This document shows positions 26,563 through 39,731 of a DNA stretch of 64,000 bases, one piece after another. This DNA is from Camelus dromedarius (lineage: Eukaryota), in the NCBI RefSeq assembly GCF_036321535.1, contig NC_087437.1:17052001-17116000 (forward strand), written 5' to 3'. How positions within the stretch are numbered: position 1 is the first letter of the stretch; each line of letters opens with the position of its first letter. A program made the position numbers and the translations under genes. Below the pieces are notes generated by a model. It ran no database searches and was not told the DNA's origin. It worked only from the letters and a program-made list of their open reading frames with translations.

Positions 26563-26586
26563 TTTTAAAATATTGAAGTACAGTTG
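26563..26586 (-). mobile_element. Ultra-short L1 3'-end insertion with TSD
   Basis: tattgaagtacagttg matches the L1 3' end at 16593-16608 (15/16); flanked by caccctactag twice. Confidence 0.75.
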
Positions 26587-26664
26587 CACCCTACTAGATT
26601 AATCATTCTCTACATGTAATTATATTATGTATAATTGGTCTATACAGTAAAATTAGAATTCCTT

Positions 26665-27148
26665 TGTGCTGGTTTTAAAATGTCCACAAATTCTCTGTTA
26701 ATATTCCCTTTGGAGACAAGTGCCTCTTTTCTTTAATGTGGATGTACTTAGTAACTTGTTTCTAACAAATATAATGCAGTAAAGATGATGAATTTTGGCT
26801 CTTGGAGGCTAAGTCAAAAAAGATGCAGTGACTTCTGCTTTGTTCTCTTTCTTGAATCACTTTTTAAGGAAGGCCAACTGCCATGTCTTGAGGACATTCT
26901 AGCTGCCCTATAGAGAACTCTGCCACCAACCATGTGAGTAAGCCACATTAGAAGTAGATCCTCCAACCACAGTCACGCCTTCAAATGACTCCAGCCTCAA
27001 TCAAGGTCTTGACGCAATTTGATGAGAGAACTTAAGCCAGAACCACCTAGCTAGACTACTTCCAAATTCCTGATCCATAGAAACTATAAGATAATGTTTA
27101 TGTACCAAGTTTTAGGGTAATTTGTTACATGGCAAAAGATAATCAATA
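26665..27148 (+). mobile_element. MaLR solo LTR (MLT1E/F/G-like)
   Basis: gccttcaaatgactccagcc, aattcctgatccatagaaact, gtaatttgttacatggcaaaagataa. Confidence 0.75.
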
Positions 27149-28719
27149 TTATTAGTTGTTATTATTATTAAAGGCCCTTACCAATCTAGCCATGACCAAT
27201 CTTCTTGGAGTCTGGCCCATGAATGAGTTCTTCTTTAGTCCAAACAGCTCAAGGCACAGACTACATGTCTGTGGTCATCCTTATGCATACAGTGCCCTCA
27301 TTCTACTCTAATTACCTACAATGATTATTCTTCCAAGCTCCAATGAAGTTTCAGTTCTTCTATGATTTGCAGCATATCCTCTTATTACCAGATATGGCTT
27401 TCCTGCCTACTAGGAACTAACATTCTATTTAAGCAGATGAAGTATAAAATAAAAACGCAGAGTTTATTTCTAAATAGTCCCTGATTTGATTGTATCTTTT
27501 GATATACAGATATTTTTTTCATACGTTTAAGAGTCCTCCAATCTTTGGTTTTCATATTAAATTTCTTTTTAACTCCTTAATCTCTATTTCCAATGGCCCC
27601 ACTACATTTAGAAAGATAATGTTTAGTTGCAGGTGTTTTGAAGTTTCCAAAGCAAAGATTAAAGTAGTGGGCAAAAAAGTTAGTAAGACATGAGGAAAAG
27701 TATAAAGACAATCATATGATGACCTAATAACTTCCATAGTTCTAATACAGGGGCCTTGAAATGAACAACTACAAATGAAGTCCCAATATACTTTACTTGC
27801 AAACTCAAAGAAAGACAGAAAGAAAAAACCAGAAAAGAATAATTCTGGGGCAATTAATCCTTTGTTGTAGCTCTTTTTTACAGCATAAAAGAATAATTAT
27901 ATTCACTTCTATGAAAACTTATCTAATTTACTGACCTTCACAGTTAGTGTGCCTTTAATTTAATATCAGGACTTAAGATTTTGTTTTGAATTACTTTCTT
28001 GGCAGATGGAATTCAAATTATTTTCTGCTTACAACAAAATGAAATTTATCTCTAGTGAATTTTAATTAAATGTTTTGTGTACTGCCTTTATAGATGCTTT
28101 CTCAGTAAGGAAGAAGACTAAATTAAAATACTGCAATACAAATTTCAGAGAATAATCTGTGGCTAATATGTATGTTTTGATACAGACAATTATCTCTTTT
28201 ATACAAGAAATCTCATGAGAGCTGTACAGTGAGAAATAATTACGAGCGCCAGGAAAGTCTGCTATTTAAATTGCAGAACACAATAAATTCATGTCTCAAC
28301 CAATTTTGTCACTAATGTTTGGCTAAAAAAATTACATTTTCCAAAACAGAATAACTCCTAGAGATTGGGGGGAAAAGCCTATGAGAGAAAGGGACAGCTG
28401 AAAGGAGTTACTGAAGAGTCACACTGTATCCTTGATTAGACTGTGAACAAGAACTTAAGACTAGAGACCACAGCTTACAGAAAGATGATTAAAATAAATA
28501 TTACCTTAAAGAGTGTTATATGTTATTACAGGGCAGTATGGGGAACACAGAAGCATGGAAAATGATGGAGGGGAACAGAACAGGTCCAGGAAGGCTTCTG
28601 AGAGGCAAAAATGTTTAAATGTAGACCCAAAAAGTTGAAACTCTCTTATTTGCTAACTAAATCCAAATCTTTCAGTGAATTATTTCAAGATGACCAGTGT
28701 TATTTAAAGTGCATTAAAA

Positions 28720-28860
28720 ATATATACAAGATCTTATGGCAGCTCACGGCAAAAAAAATGTGACAATGAATATATATATGTTCATGTATAACTGAAAAAT
28801 TTTGCTCTACACTGGAATTTGACACAAAATTGTAAAATGACTATAACACAATAAAAAAAT
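28720..28860 (+). mobile_element. Short young L1 3' end
   Basis: atgtgacaatgaatatatatatgttcatgtataactga...ttgtaaaatgactataacacaataaaaaaa. Confidence 0.75.
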
Positions 28861-30199
28861 TTTTTTAAATGTACTAAGTTTATAAAATTGGAAATATTTT
28901 TCATCTCTTTCATTGCATTATCAGTTAGTGAAAATAGCGACAAAATACATAACAAGGAATTATATCACTGAGTGTCTCATACAGAGCAGGTGACATAGCT
29001 ATCGTCTAACCTGCATTACTCATTAATATTTTACCATTAACAGAAGTTTAGGCATAAGTAGCATTAAAAACTGAATGTCAAGGATATATTAACTTTCAAA
29101 TAAAAATATATTTAATTTATATTCACATTCTAACTATCAACCTGACCCATAGGTTAGGTCCAAGATGAAATGTTAGGAAGTAAGAAGATTAAAATAAAAG
29201 AATGACAGTTTACTCAGAATAAATTATATCATTATATTATATAAGAATAGCTCTGAAAACATGATTCTGAATTGTTTCACGGTAGTCTTAAGATGAAAAA
29301 TTCAACTAGAAAATAAAAGATAATTCATTTTTCATCTTCTCCAAACTGTTGAAATTTTTCCTGTTGTCACTACTTTCATTAAGTTTAGTTCTTAATAAGA
29401 ACTAATAATTTTCAAATTATTTTCCTATCACTAAACAAATAGTGTCTCCTTTTTTTATTGCTTTTGAGAGACTTTCTCATGGTCTCTGATACTCTGCACT
29501 TTGACTATGGTATGTCTAGATATGAAACATTTTTCTTAACCTACTCAACAATCATTAAGTCTTTACAATCTGAACATTCTATTTTTTTAACCAATTTTAT
29601 AAAACTTCAGTTCTCTCATGAATTCTTCTTTTCAATACTTGTCTTTTCTTTTGAAATCCTATGTAAAGGACTTATGAAGTCTTTCAAACAATCCCCCACA
29701 TATCAGAAATGTCATTTTATTATCTTCTATGCCTAGGTAAATTTTGCAGTATTATATTCCAATTCACTAACTGCCTCTTCAACAGTCTAAAGTGTATTTT
29801 ATTCACTAAATATATATCCATGAAGATATTTTCATATCCAGTATTTTAAATTTGTGTTTTTACATCCACTTGTTCATATTATGTGCCATTTAATTATTGA
29901 ATAAACTGGGTCATCTGTTCTATACAATTTCCCACATTCTGGACTTAAATGATGAGGATTCAGTCAGACAACACTCTTCTATTTTCTGTATTTCCTATGA
30001 ACTAGTAGTTGAATCTACTGATGTACAGATTAATTTTCAATTTTTGTTTGATGCTGGGGTGACAGATGAGACAAAGTGTTAACTGATAGTGTCATCTCTG
30101 GACAGCACCTTCTATTTCTACTATGTACATGCAGTAACATTTTCCTTTAATCAATAAAGTGAATTAAGTGATATTTCTGGAAAATCAACAATTGGTATC

Positions 30200-30585
30200 C
30201 ATGGTACGCTGATCACTTTGGCAGGCAGGTCTTACTCTCACCTTTATTTTCAGTCCTACTTAGAGCAAGTGAAATTTTAATGTATCAAAAGTAAGCTGTG
30301 ACAGATCCAATGCTAGTTTGTGCAAGGTCTGATTAAAAAAATCAATAAGGTAACAGTAGGAAATTAAAGGACTGTTGTTTCTATGAGAACAATAGGTTGA
30401 AAGCTTTGGCAAGACTCAAAAAGGGTGACTCACTAAAATACAGGCTATGTTATTTTGGTGTTGAATATTGAGGTAAAATAAAAAATTATATGGATTCTGC
30501 ATTCAAGATTGTATGGCTGAACATCTGAAATATGTAGTTTACTGTACAGGAATCATACTATTACAAAGGTGTTTAAAAAACAAGA
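30200..30585 (+). mobile_element. Possible Tigger-family transposase fragment
   Basis: gttgtttctatgagaacaataggttgaaagctttggcaagactc resembles the start of old Tigger ORFs. Confidence 0.35.
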
Positions 30586-31840
30586 CTGCATGGCTGAGCC
30601 AAGATGAACAAGACTGAAGCTCCCACTTGAAAAAAACTAAAAAAACTGCATAAAATATATAAAATGATGCTTTTCAGATGCTGGATGTCAGGCAGAACAG
30701 GGCAGTAATCTGTGAGAGGGGTAACTTACAGGGTGAGCCTTAAGATTGTCCCAGATTGCTGCCTGCCAGGCAGTAGGATGGGGAGGGAACCTAGACAGAA
30801 CCTGGTGATGTTCCTGACTTGAGGAAAAGGAGCTGGGACTCTAAGAGGACAAGGTGGCTAGATTTTACAAGCATGGTATCAGAGATGCACAGAGAGAGTG
30901 AACTCTAGAAATCTGCAGAAAGACCCTATCAACTCTTCAGCTGAGTACAAAAGAGCATGTACATGTGAACAAATCACCTAACACTGGGGAAAGAATGGAA
31001 AGAGAAGAGAGAGTAATCTCTGGAATAAAGACAGGGCTGGGAATACTTTGTGTTCCAATGAGCCAGACCAGAAAAATCTTGTAATTCACAGGGCATCAAG
31101 AAAAGCACAAAGAATGGTATTATCTTAGTATTGGGGTAAATACTAAGACTAAATGCTGCCCTGGTCTACTAAACAAATCTTAAAAAGAAGTCTTGAAAGG
31201 ATCAAACATAATTATGTCCCTTAGAAAAAGTGGGCAAATATTCTACATATATATTATCTAGCACAAAACAAAACCCACAGGGCCTGGCATCTAATAACAA
31301 TTGCCAGGCATTCAAAGAAGCAAGAAAATGACCTATAATAAGGAGAAAAAAAAAATCTATCAAAACAAATAGAATCAGAAATGATGCAGATGACAAAACT
31401 AGAAAAACAACATTAAAACAGTTACAACAAAATATCTATATTCAAGAGTCTAGAGGAGAGCCTGGAGGAAATAAAAGAAACATGAAGAAAATGAAAACAA
31501 AGTTCTCTAACATATCACTGGCTGGTAAGAAGGCTGTGTACAAACAAACAAAAAGTCCCAAGAGGGAAGCCGTGTCGGTGCTCTGGTAAAAATCCTGACT
31601 GAACAACCACTGGTTGACCATGAAATTCTGTAGCCATAGAGGCAACCCCTTTGAAATCTATGCAAAAGACAAAAAGCCACAGAGCAGAAATAGTGGCTGT
31701 ACAGAGCAGGAGAGATAAATTCCTGAGATTAAGTCCAAGTGAATTATAAAAAACAAAATAGCCAACAACAAGACAAATTCCAGGGGAAAAAAATCAGAAT
31801 CCAACTTTGCTACACCATATTTTGTAAAATGGACAGTTAT

Positions 31841-32031
31841 TTGTTTTGCTTTGTTTTTTGGCCTCTTTTTCTTTCTCCTCCTTCTCAGGAGAAGGTACCT
31901 GTTGTCCAAAAAAAAAGAAAAGTCACTTTTTTTGAGGAGGTACTTTTTTTGACTAACAGTAGTTCCAGCCTGTGTAAGGACATAACTTCTGGAATTTAGT
32001 CACTTCAGAATGTCTTGATAGTCACTGAAGC
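31841..32031 (-). pseudogene. Unidentified short retrocopy with A-rich tail and TSD
   Basis: Direct repeat taaaatggacagtt at 31825-31838 and 32032-32045; TTTT/AA site; T-rich start on plus strand. Confidence 0.7.
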
Positions 32032-32830
32032 TAAAATGGACAGTTTTAAGCAAAAGATTATTTGATAAACAAAGAAAAAGAGAACACCTACACTCAGAAA
32101 TTGATACAGTCTGAAGAAACTGTCTCTGAGTGGGCTCAGCTGTTAAATTTTGCAAAGCTTTTAAAGCAGATCCCATAAATACAATAATGGATTGAAAAAC
32201 TATATTCAAAGAACTAGATGAGAAGATGACACTGACTCAAACAACAGTGCATTATTATAAAGAAACAGCAACTATAAAAACAGGACCAACTGAAAATTTT
32301 AAGAACAGAAATAAAAAACTCAGCATATGGTTTAAACAGCATATTTGAGTTGGCAAAAAAACAAAACAGAAACTGCCATACACTGAGCCTGAAGACAGGT
32401 AAATAGAAATTATCCAAAGAACAGAGATTAAAAACAATGAAGGAGAAAAAAAAGAGAGCGTGTTTGTGTGCATGTGTGTGTGAGCAAGCTCCAAAAATCT
32501 ATAGAACAGTATTATGTATACCAGCATATCTTTAAAAGGAGTCTAAACAGAGATATGGGTAAAACAAAACAAAACAAAACAAACAAAAAACTTGAAGAAT
32601 CAATGGCTAAAAGCTTCTGAAATCTGATGAAAAACATTAATCTAGAGATCCAAGAAGGTCAACAAAATCTTAGTAGGATAAACACAAAGAGGTCCATACC
32701 TAGACATGTAAAGCAAACCGTTGAAAGCCAAAGAAAAATGGGAAAGCAAAAAAAACAAAGAACAAAAAACAAAACCCAAAAAACAAAGAAAAGAAAAAGA
32801 AGAATGAAAGTTACAAAATAAGTGACTCAT

Positions 32831-32976
32831 GGCTCTCTCTCTCTTGCCTTCTGAGACAGCCCGCATTCTGTCTATGGAGTGTGTATCTACATTTACATTT
32901 ACTACCTCCCACCCCATGTACATATCTCTAAATAAATCTATTTTCACTCAAAAAAAAAAAAAAGACAAAGAAAGAA
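32831..32976 (+). mobile_element. Polyadenylated retrocopy resembling an ERV LTR R region
   Basis: AATAAA at 32931-32936, poly(A) from 32950, TSD aagtgactcat twice. Confidence 0.65.
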
Positions 32977-35754
32977 AAAAAAAGTGACTCATAATATACA
33001 GGGGAACAGCAGGACTGACAACTGATTTTTCATTCAGAAACAATGAAGTCCAGTAGGTGGTAAAATGGCATTGAAAGTGCTGCAAGGAAAAATAAAACTG
33101 TTGACCAAGAATTCTATAACCAGCAAAACTAACTTTTAAGAAATAATGACATTTCCAGATAAACAAAAACTGCTAGCAAACTTGCCTTATAAGAAGCAGT
33201 AAAGAAATACTTCAATCTGAAAGGAAGTAACTCTATACAATAACTCTAATTCATAGAAAAAAATTAAGAATGCTGGAAATGTTAACGATAGGGTACACAG
33301 AAGATAGCATGAATTTTTTTTATTGTCTTAATTTCACTAAAAATCGCTAAGATTGTATATACTGATAATGGTTAATAACAAATACAGATAAAAGATACAT
33401 AACAATAATAGTACAAAGGAAGAACAAGAAAACAGAGCTATACTGGAGCAAAGATATTAGTGAATTAGTCATGCTAATATGATGCAGTTTGTGATAACTT
33501 ATGCTTCATATTGTAATCCCTAGAGTAACCATAAAGAAAATAACAGACTGTTCAACTAGATAAAAACATGTAAGATCCAACTCTAGTCTGCCAATAAGAG
33601 ACGTAGTTTATATTCAAAGACACAAATAGACTGAAAGTGAAAGGATGATAAAAAAAATCTATCACACAAAAAGTAACCATAAAAAAGCTAGAGGTATATT
33701 ATTATCAGGCAAAGAAGTCTTTAAGAAAAAAAAAAATCACACAAGAAAAGGGCATTTCATAATGACAAAAAGATCAACACAAGAGGAAAATGTAACAAAA
33801 TAGCAGAATATATTCTCTTTATATGCATATGGATTTTTTTTTCAATAGCCAAATTGGTTAAGGAAAAAACAAGGCCTATTTAGTATAAATGATTCAAATA
33901 ACAGAAAGTATGTTTACTAACCACAGTGGACTTAAATTAGAAATTAGGAACAGAAATTAATTTAGAAAACTCCAAATATTTGGGAATTAAACAAAAAAAA
34001 CTTAATAACCCATGAGTCAAAGAAGAAATCACAAGTAAGGAAATACTTTGTTCTGAGTAAAATTTAAAATACAACGTATCAAAACATGGTGTAAAGCAGT
34101 ACTTTGAGGAAAATTTACAGTTTAAAATGCCAGATAAGAAAGGAAGGAGGATATACAAATCAACAATCTGAATTTCCAATGTAAGAAACTAGAAAAAGAT
34201 AAGTAAATTAAAACTAAAACAATCAAATGTAAGGAAGTATTAAGGTTAAAGCAAAAATCAATGAAATTTAAAAATACATAAATAAAGTCAATGAAATCAA
34301 AAGTTCATTCTTTGAAAAGATCAATATACCTGATAAACTTCTAGCTAGGCTGACCAAGATAGAAAAGAGAAGACACAAATTACAAAATCAAGAATGTGTA
34401 AGGAGACATCACTGCCAATCCTACAGAAATAAAAAAGATTATAAGGAAATATCATGAACAATGTTATGCAATCAAATTTGCAATATACATGTAATAAACA
34501 TGTCTGAAAGACATAAATTACCACAATGAATCAACAAAGAATAGAATGTTGTAACAGATCTATAATAAGAAATTTAATTAGTAAATGAAAATCTTCACAC
34601 AAAGAAAAACTGAGGCTTAAAGGGCTTCCCTGGTGAATTCTATCAAATTAATCAAGAAAATATAATACCAATTTTCCATAAACTCTTTCAAAAAATAAGC
34701 AGGAGGAAACATTTCCTAATTCTACAAGGCTACTACCCATATTAATACTCCTAATGAAAGTAGATACAAAAATCCTTAACAAAATATTTAGCAAACTGAA
34801 TTTAGTAGCATCTAAAAAGCAGTATATATCATGACCATGTGAAATTTTCCCCAGAATGCAAGGTGTGATACCTGAAAATCAATGACTATAATACACTATA
34901 TTAATAAAGAACAAAGGCTGTATTTTTTTTATCACAACTGATACAAAAAAAAAAAAAGTCAAACAATCAATCACAATAAAAAAACACCTAACAAAACTAG
35001 GTTAGAAGAGAATATCCTCATCCTACTAAAGGGTACCAACATAAAACTTAAAGCTAATGACATTATACTTAATTTTAAAGACTGATTATTTTCTCATTAT
35101 GATCAGGCAACAAAAGCAAAGCTGTCCTCTCTCATCACTTTTATTCAATATTGTACTGGAGACTAGCCAGCACAATAAGGCCATTAAGAAAAAAAAAGTA
35201 AGAATTAAAACTGTCTTTATTCATAGATGTCATGATCCTATATGTAGGAAATCCTAAAGAATCTACAACAACAAAATAAAACTCCAAAACTACAGAACTA
35301 ATGAAAGTATTTTGTAATTTTGCAGGGATAATAAAACATGTATTTTTATTTCTTAATAAGGAAAAGTCTAGAACAAAAATTGAGAAAACAATTCCATTTA
35401 TAATGGCATAAAAAATGAAAACACTTAGAAATGAATTTAACAAAAGTAGTGTAAGATGTACACTGAAAACCATAAAAAGTGCTAAGAGAAGTTAAAGAAC
35501 ATCTAAATAAATGGAGATATAACCTGTAATCATAGAATGGAAGATTTAATATTATTAAGGCAATTCTCTCCAAATTGGTGTACAGATTAATTATATTCTC
35601 CATCAAAATTCCAGCAAGCTTTTGTATGAAAGTTGACAAGCTGATTCTAAAATTCATATCAAAATGCAAAGGATCTATAATAGTCACAACAATTTTGAAA
35701 AAGAACAAAGTAAAGGGGCATAATGCTAACTACTTTTAAAAGCTTACTCTAAAA

Positions 35755-36157
35755 GACAAATGCTCTATGTTCTCCCTTACACGCAGACTCTAAAAAAGCC
35801 AAACTCATAGAAATAGAGAATGGTGGTTGCCAGATGAGGTGGGTAGGGGAAAAGGGAAGATGTGGTCAAAGAACACAAACTTCTACTTTTAAGATGAATA
35901 GGTTCTGGGGACCTAATATACAGCATGATGACTATAACGATACTGTATTACATAGTTGAAAGCTGCTAAGAGAGTAAATCTTAAGTGTTACCACCACTAC
36001 AAACAAAATAGGTAATTACATAAGGTGATGGAGGTATTTAACTAACCTTATCGTGGTAATCATTTCACAATATACATGTGTTTCAAATGATTCTGTTGTA
36101 CCCCTTAAACTTACATATGTTATATGTCAATTATATCTTCATAAAGCTTAAAAAAAA
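35755..36157 (+). mobile_element. L1MA/MB-like 3'UTR fragment nested in the older L1 ORF2
   Basis: aatggtggttgccag...gtcaattatatcttcataaagcttaaaaaaaa; actctaaa is duplicated on both sides. Confidence 0.8.
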
Positions 36158-36679
36158 CCACTCTAAAGATACTGTAATCAATACAGGTGGTATGGGTTAA
36201 GGACAGATCAGAAAATCCAGAAATAAAACTTTGCATTCATGGTCATTTGATTTCCAAGAAAAACACTATAGCAATTCAGTTGGAGAAGGACAGTCTTTCA
36301 CCAACAGTGATTGGACAAATGAACATCTATATTCAAAGGTGGCCTCACATCCTTATAGTGCACCTACACAAAAATTAACTTAAAAATGGCTCATGCACCT
36401 TAACTTAAAAAATTAAATGATTAAACTTCTAGAATAAAGCAAAGAAGAAAACTTTGGATTAGGCAAATTGTTCACAGACAGAACATCAAAAGCATGACTA
36501 TCGAAGAAAAATTGATAAATTACTTCATTCAAATTGAAAATTTTACCTCTTCAAAAGGTATCAATAAGGAAATGAAAAGAAAGCCACAGGCTGGGAAAAA
36601 TACTCAAATAATTTATCTGATAATGCACTTGTATCAAGAATACAAAAAGGGCTCCTACAAAATCCCTCTCAATAATTGT

Positions 36680-37527
36680 TAGCATAAACAGACAGAAAAT
36701 CGGTAAAGGTAAAAAAGACTAAAACAACCAACAATCAAATTTGACCTAAAGATATAAAAACAATAGCACAACACATACTCTCTTCCTGAGAAAACAGAAC
36801 ATTTATTAAGATAGAACATAGTGTGGGCCATAAAACAAATCTCAATAAATTTAAAAGCATTCAGATCATTCAAAGTATGTCCACTGACTACAATGAAACT
36901 GAGTTAGAAATCAATAATAGAAGCTTTTGAGATATTTGCAAATAAATATCACACTTTTATAAATAATCTATGGGCGAAAGAAACAAGCCAAAAGGGAAAT
37001 TAGAATGTATTTTGAACTAAATGAAAATGGAAACACAACATATCCAAATTTAAGGGATATAGTTATAACAGTGCTAAGAAATAAATTTACAGGAGTAAGA
37101 CTATGTAGCAGGAAAAAAAGTAAGGCCTCTTAATGATCCCAGTTTCCACCTTGAGAAACTAAAGGGCAGGGAAAGGAAACCCAAAGCAAACATAAGAAAG
37201 AAAATAGTAAGGAAAACAGCAATAATCAAGTGAAAACAGAAAAAACAAGAGAAGTTCAATGAACCAAAATCTCATTTTTAAAGGAAAAAAATACAATTGA
37301 TTAGTTATAGACACACTGATAAAGAAGAAACCATCAATATTATGAACAACTTTATGCTATTTGTTGAAAATAATTCAACATAGATGAATGTAACATTTTC
37401 TTGTAAGAAAAACTTAACAGCCTTATATCTACTAAGGAAATTTAATTTGTACTTTAAAATACCCCTATAAGGAAAAACTAGGACCCAACGATTTAATTTC
37501 TATCTGAGGAAGAAGTAATATCTATTC
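36680..37527 (+). mobile_element. Second L1 ORF2 fragment (endonuclease/linker region) abutting the exon 9 donor
   Basis: gggccataaaacaaatctcaataaatttaaaag, tattttgaactaaatgaaaatggaaacacaacatatc. Confidence 0.85.
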
Positions 37528-37530
37528 TTA

Positions 37531-37701
<171 letters not shown>

Positions 37702-38598
37702 TTATTTTCATTCTGGGTAATTATCAATCCTTTTCCTCATGTATTGTGCAACATACATCGGAAACGACCAGTATTCTTGCATTATTGCTATAGTTTTACT
37801 ACATGGGCTTAGAACCTCTTTCTGTCTCCCTCAACACATATTACATAATGAATAAAAAGGAGTGGTGTGGCAAAGTGCGACCAGATTCCTATCACAAAAT
37901 ATCATCTGTTTTGGGAATGGGCCTCAATTTCTATGCTTATCCTGACCAAACCAGGTCCCCTGATTGGCTCTGCCTTTTTTGGGGGGTAACAAATCATCCT
38001 TGATTGTCGTATTTGCCACTGCAAAATTCCCCATTCCACCTAAAGCATCCAAATATTACTCTGCATCTGATTAGTCCATAATTGACTGCAGGCCAATTCT
38101 CAGTATAGGAGGTATAGTAGAAGACAGCAAAGATCCTAGCCATTAGTGGTAAAATGCAGCAACAAAATAAAATCCTATAGCAAAGATACAAATTTCAGGC
38201 AATACTACTGATCGGGTTAAAGTTTAAGTTTACTCATTACTCAAAAGGAACCAAAGCAGTGATAAAAAATTACATTCTAGGTGACACTTATTATAAGTTA
38301 TAACTTGTTCTGTAACAATAATCAGTGAAATATTTGCTTTTACTGCATACACAAAGGTGAACATAAAATTCCTTCAGACTTCCTCCTTTGCTGTATGCTT
38401 TGTTTCAGGTTTTACTGAAATAAATTTAGAAATACTTTTACAGCAAGTCATTCAAATTATTACAACTTAATATAAGTTTTAAAAAATACTTTTGCTGTAA
38501 TATAAAAAATTAAATAAGTTATAAGAGGTGTCCAGTTTGGTTAGCAGTACTTACTAAAGCACAGTTCCAAAACTTACAATTATTTCTAGTATGGAATG

Positions 38599-38922
38599 TG
38601 TTATGTATTGAACTGTGTTCCTCTAAAATTCATATGTTGAAGTCTGAACCTCCCATAATCAGAAGACTTATTAGGAAATAGGATTGTGGCAGATGTAATT
38701 AGTTAAGATTTGGTCATAGTGGAGTAGGATGGGCCTCAAGTCTCATATGACTGATGTCTTTAAAATGAGAAATTTAGAGACACACACACACAGCTGAGAA
38801 GGCCATGTGAAGATTAGAGTTATCTTCCACTTCTAGCCTACAGAATTGGAGACAATAAATTTCTGTTCTAAACAAAATCAGTTTGTGGTATTTGCTGTAG
38901 CAGCCCTAGCACTTGCAATATA
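38599..38922 (+). mobile_element. MaLR solo LTR (MLT1A-C-like), internally deleted
   Basis: tgttatg...aaaattcatatgttgaagtc...aataaatttctgtt...gtttgtggtatttgctgtagcagccctag. Confidence 0.8.
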
Positions 38923-39392
38923 GTAAGGCAATGATTTAATCATAAGCTTGCTGCTTCTTATTGCCTGTTCTAACCCATTATTTGTTGACAGCAATACATT
39001 TATAGTAATGAGACATTATTCTATTCCCAAGCTAAAATACAGACTAATATTGTAGACCTGAAATTTTATTTCCATTTGGATGAATAAAAATGCTACCTAC
39101 TAAAAATCCAGGTTAAAAATCACTTTGAACATTCCACTGTAAAAATGGGATCAATCTTATTCACAGGAAATGTCTCATACATCTACTAACACGTAGCCTT
39201 TGGCTTTCTCCTGGAAATATAGCTTTGAAGGCCCCTAGTTCTGATGCTAGTATTTATTGTGCTTCTGAGACCAAAGCCTAATATAATAATCTTTCTGAGT
39301 TATCTAACTCCCAGACTACCTTCTTTCAAAAGGAGAGCTGTTCTGTGATTCTCTTCTGCCATCAGACAGCAGATAATCACTAGCTGGAATCA

Positions 39393-39731
<339 letters not shown>

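Larger units (their letters stand above)
30590..36670 (+). mobile_element. Long degraded L1 (L1MC/MD-like) with 5'UTR, ORF1 and ORF2 remnants and nested insertions; antisense to STAG1
   Basis: ORF1 remnant MKNINLEIQEGQQNLSRINTKRSIPRHV; ORF2 remnant QSCPLSSLLFNIVLE. Confidence 0.9.
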
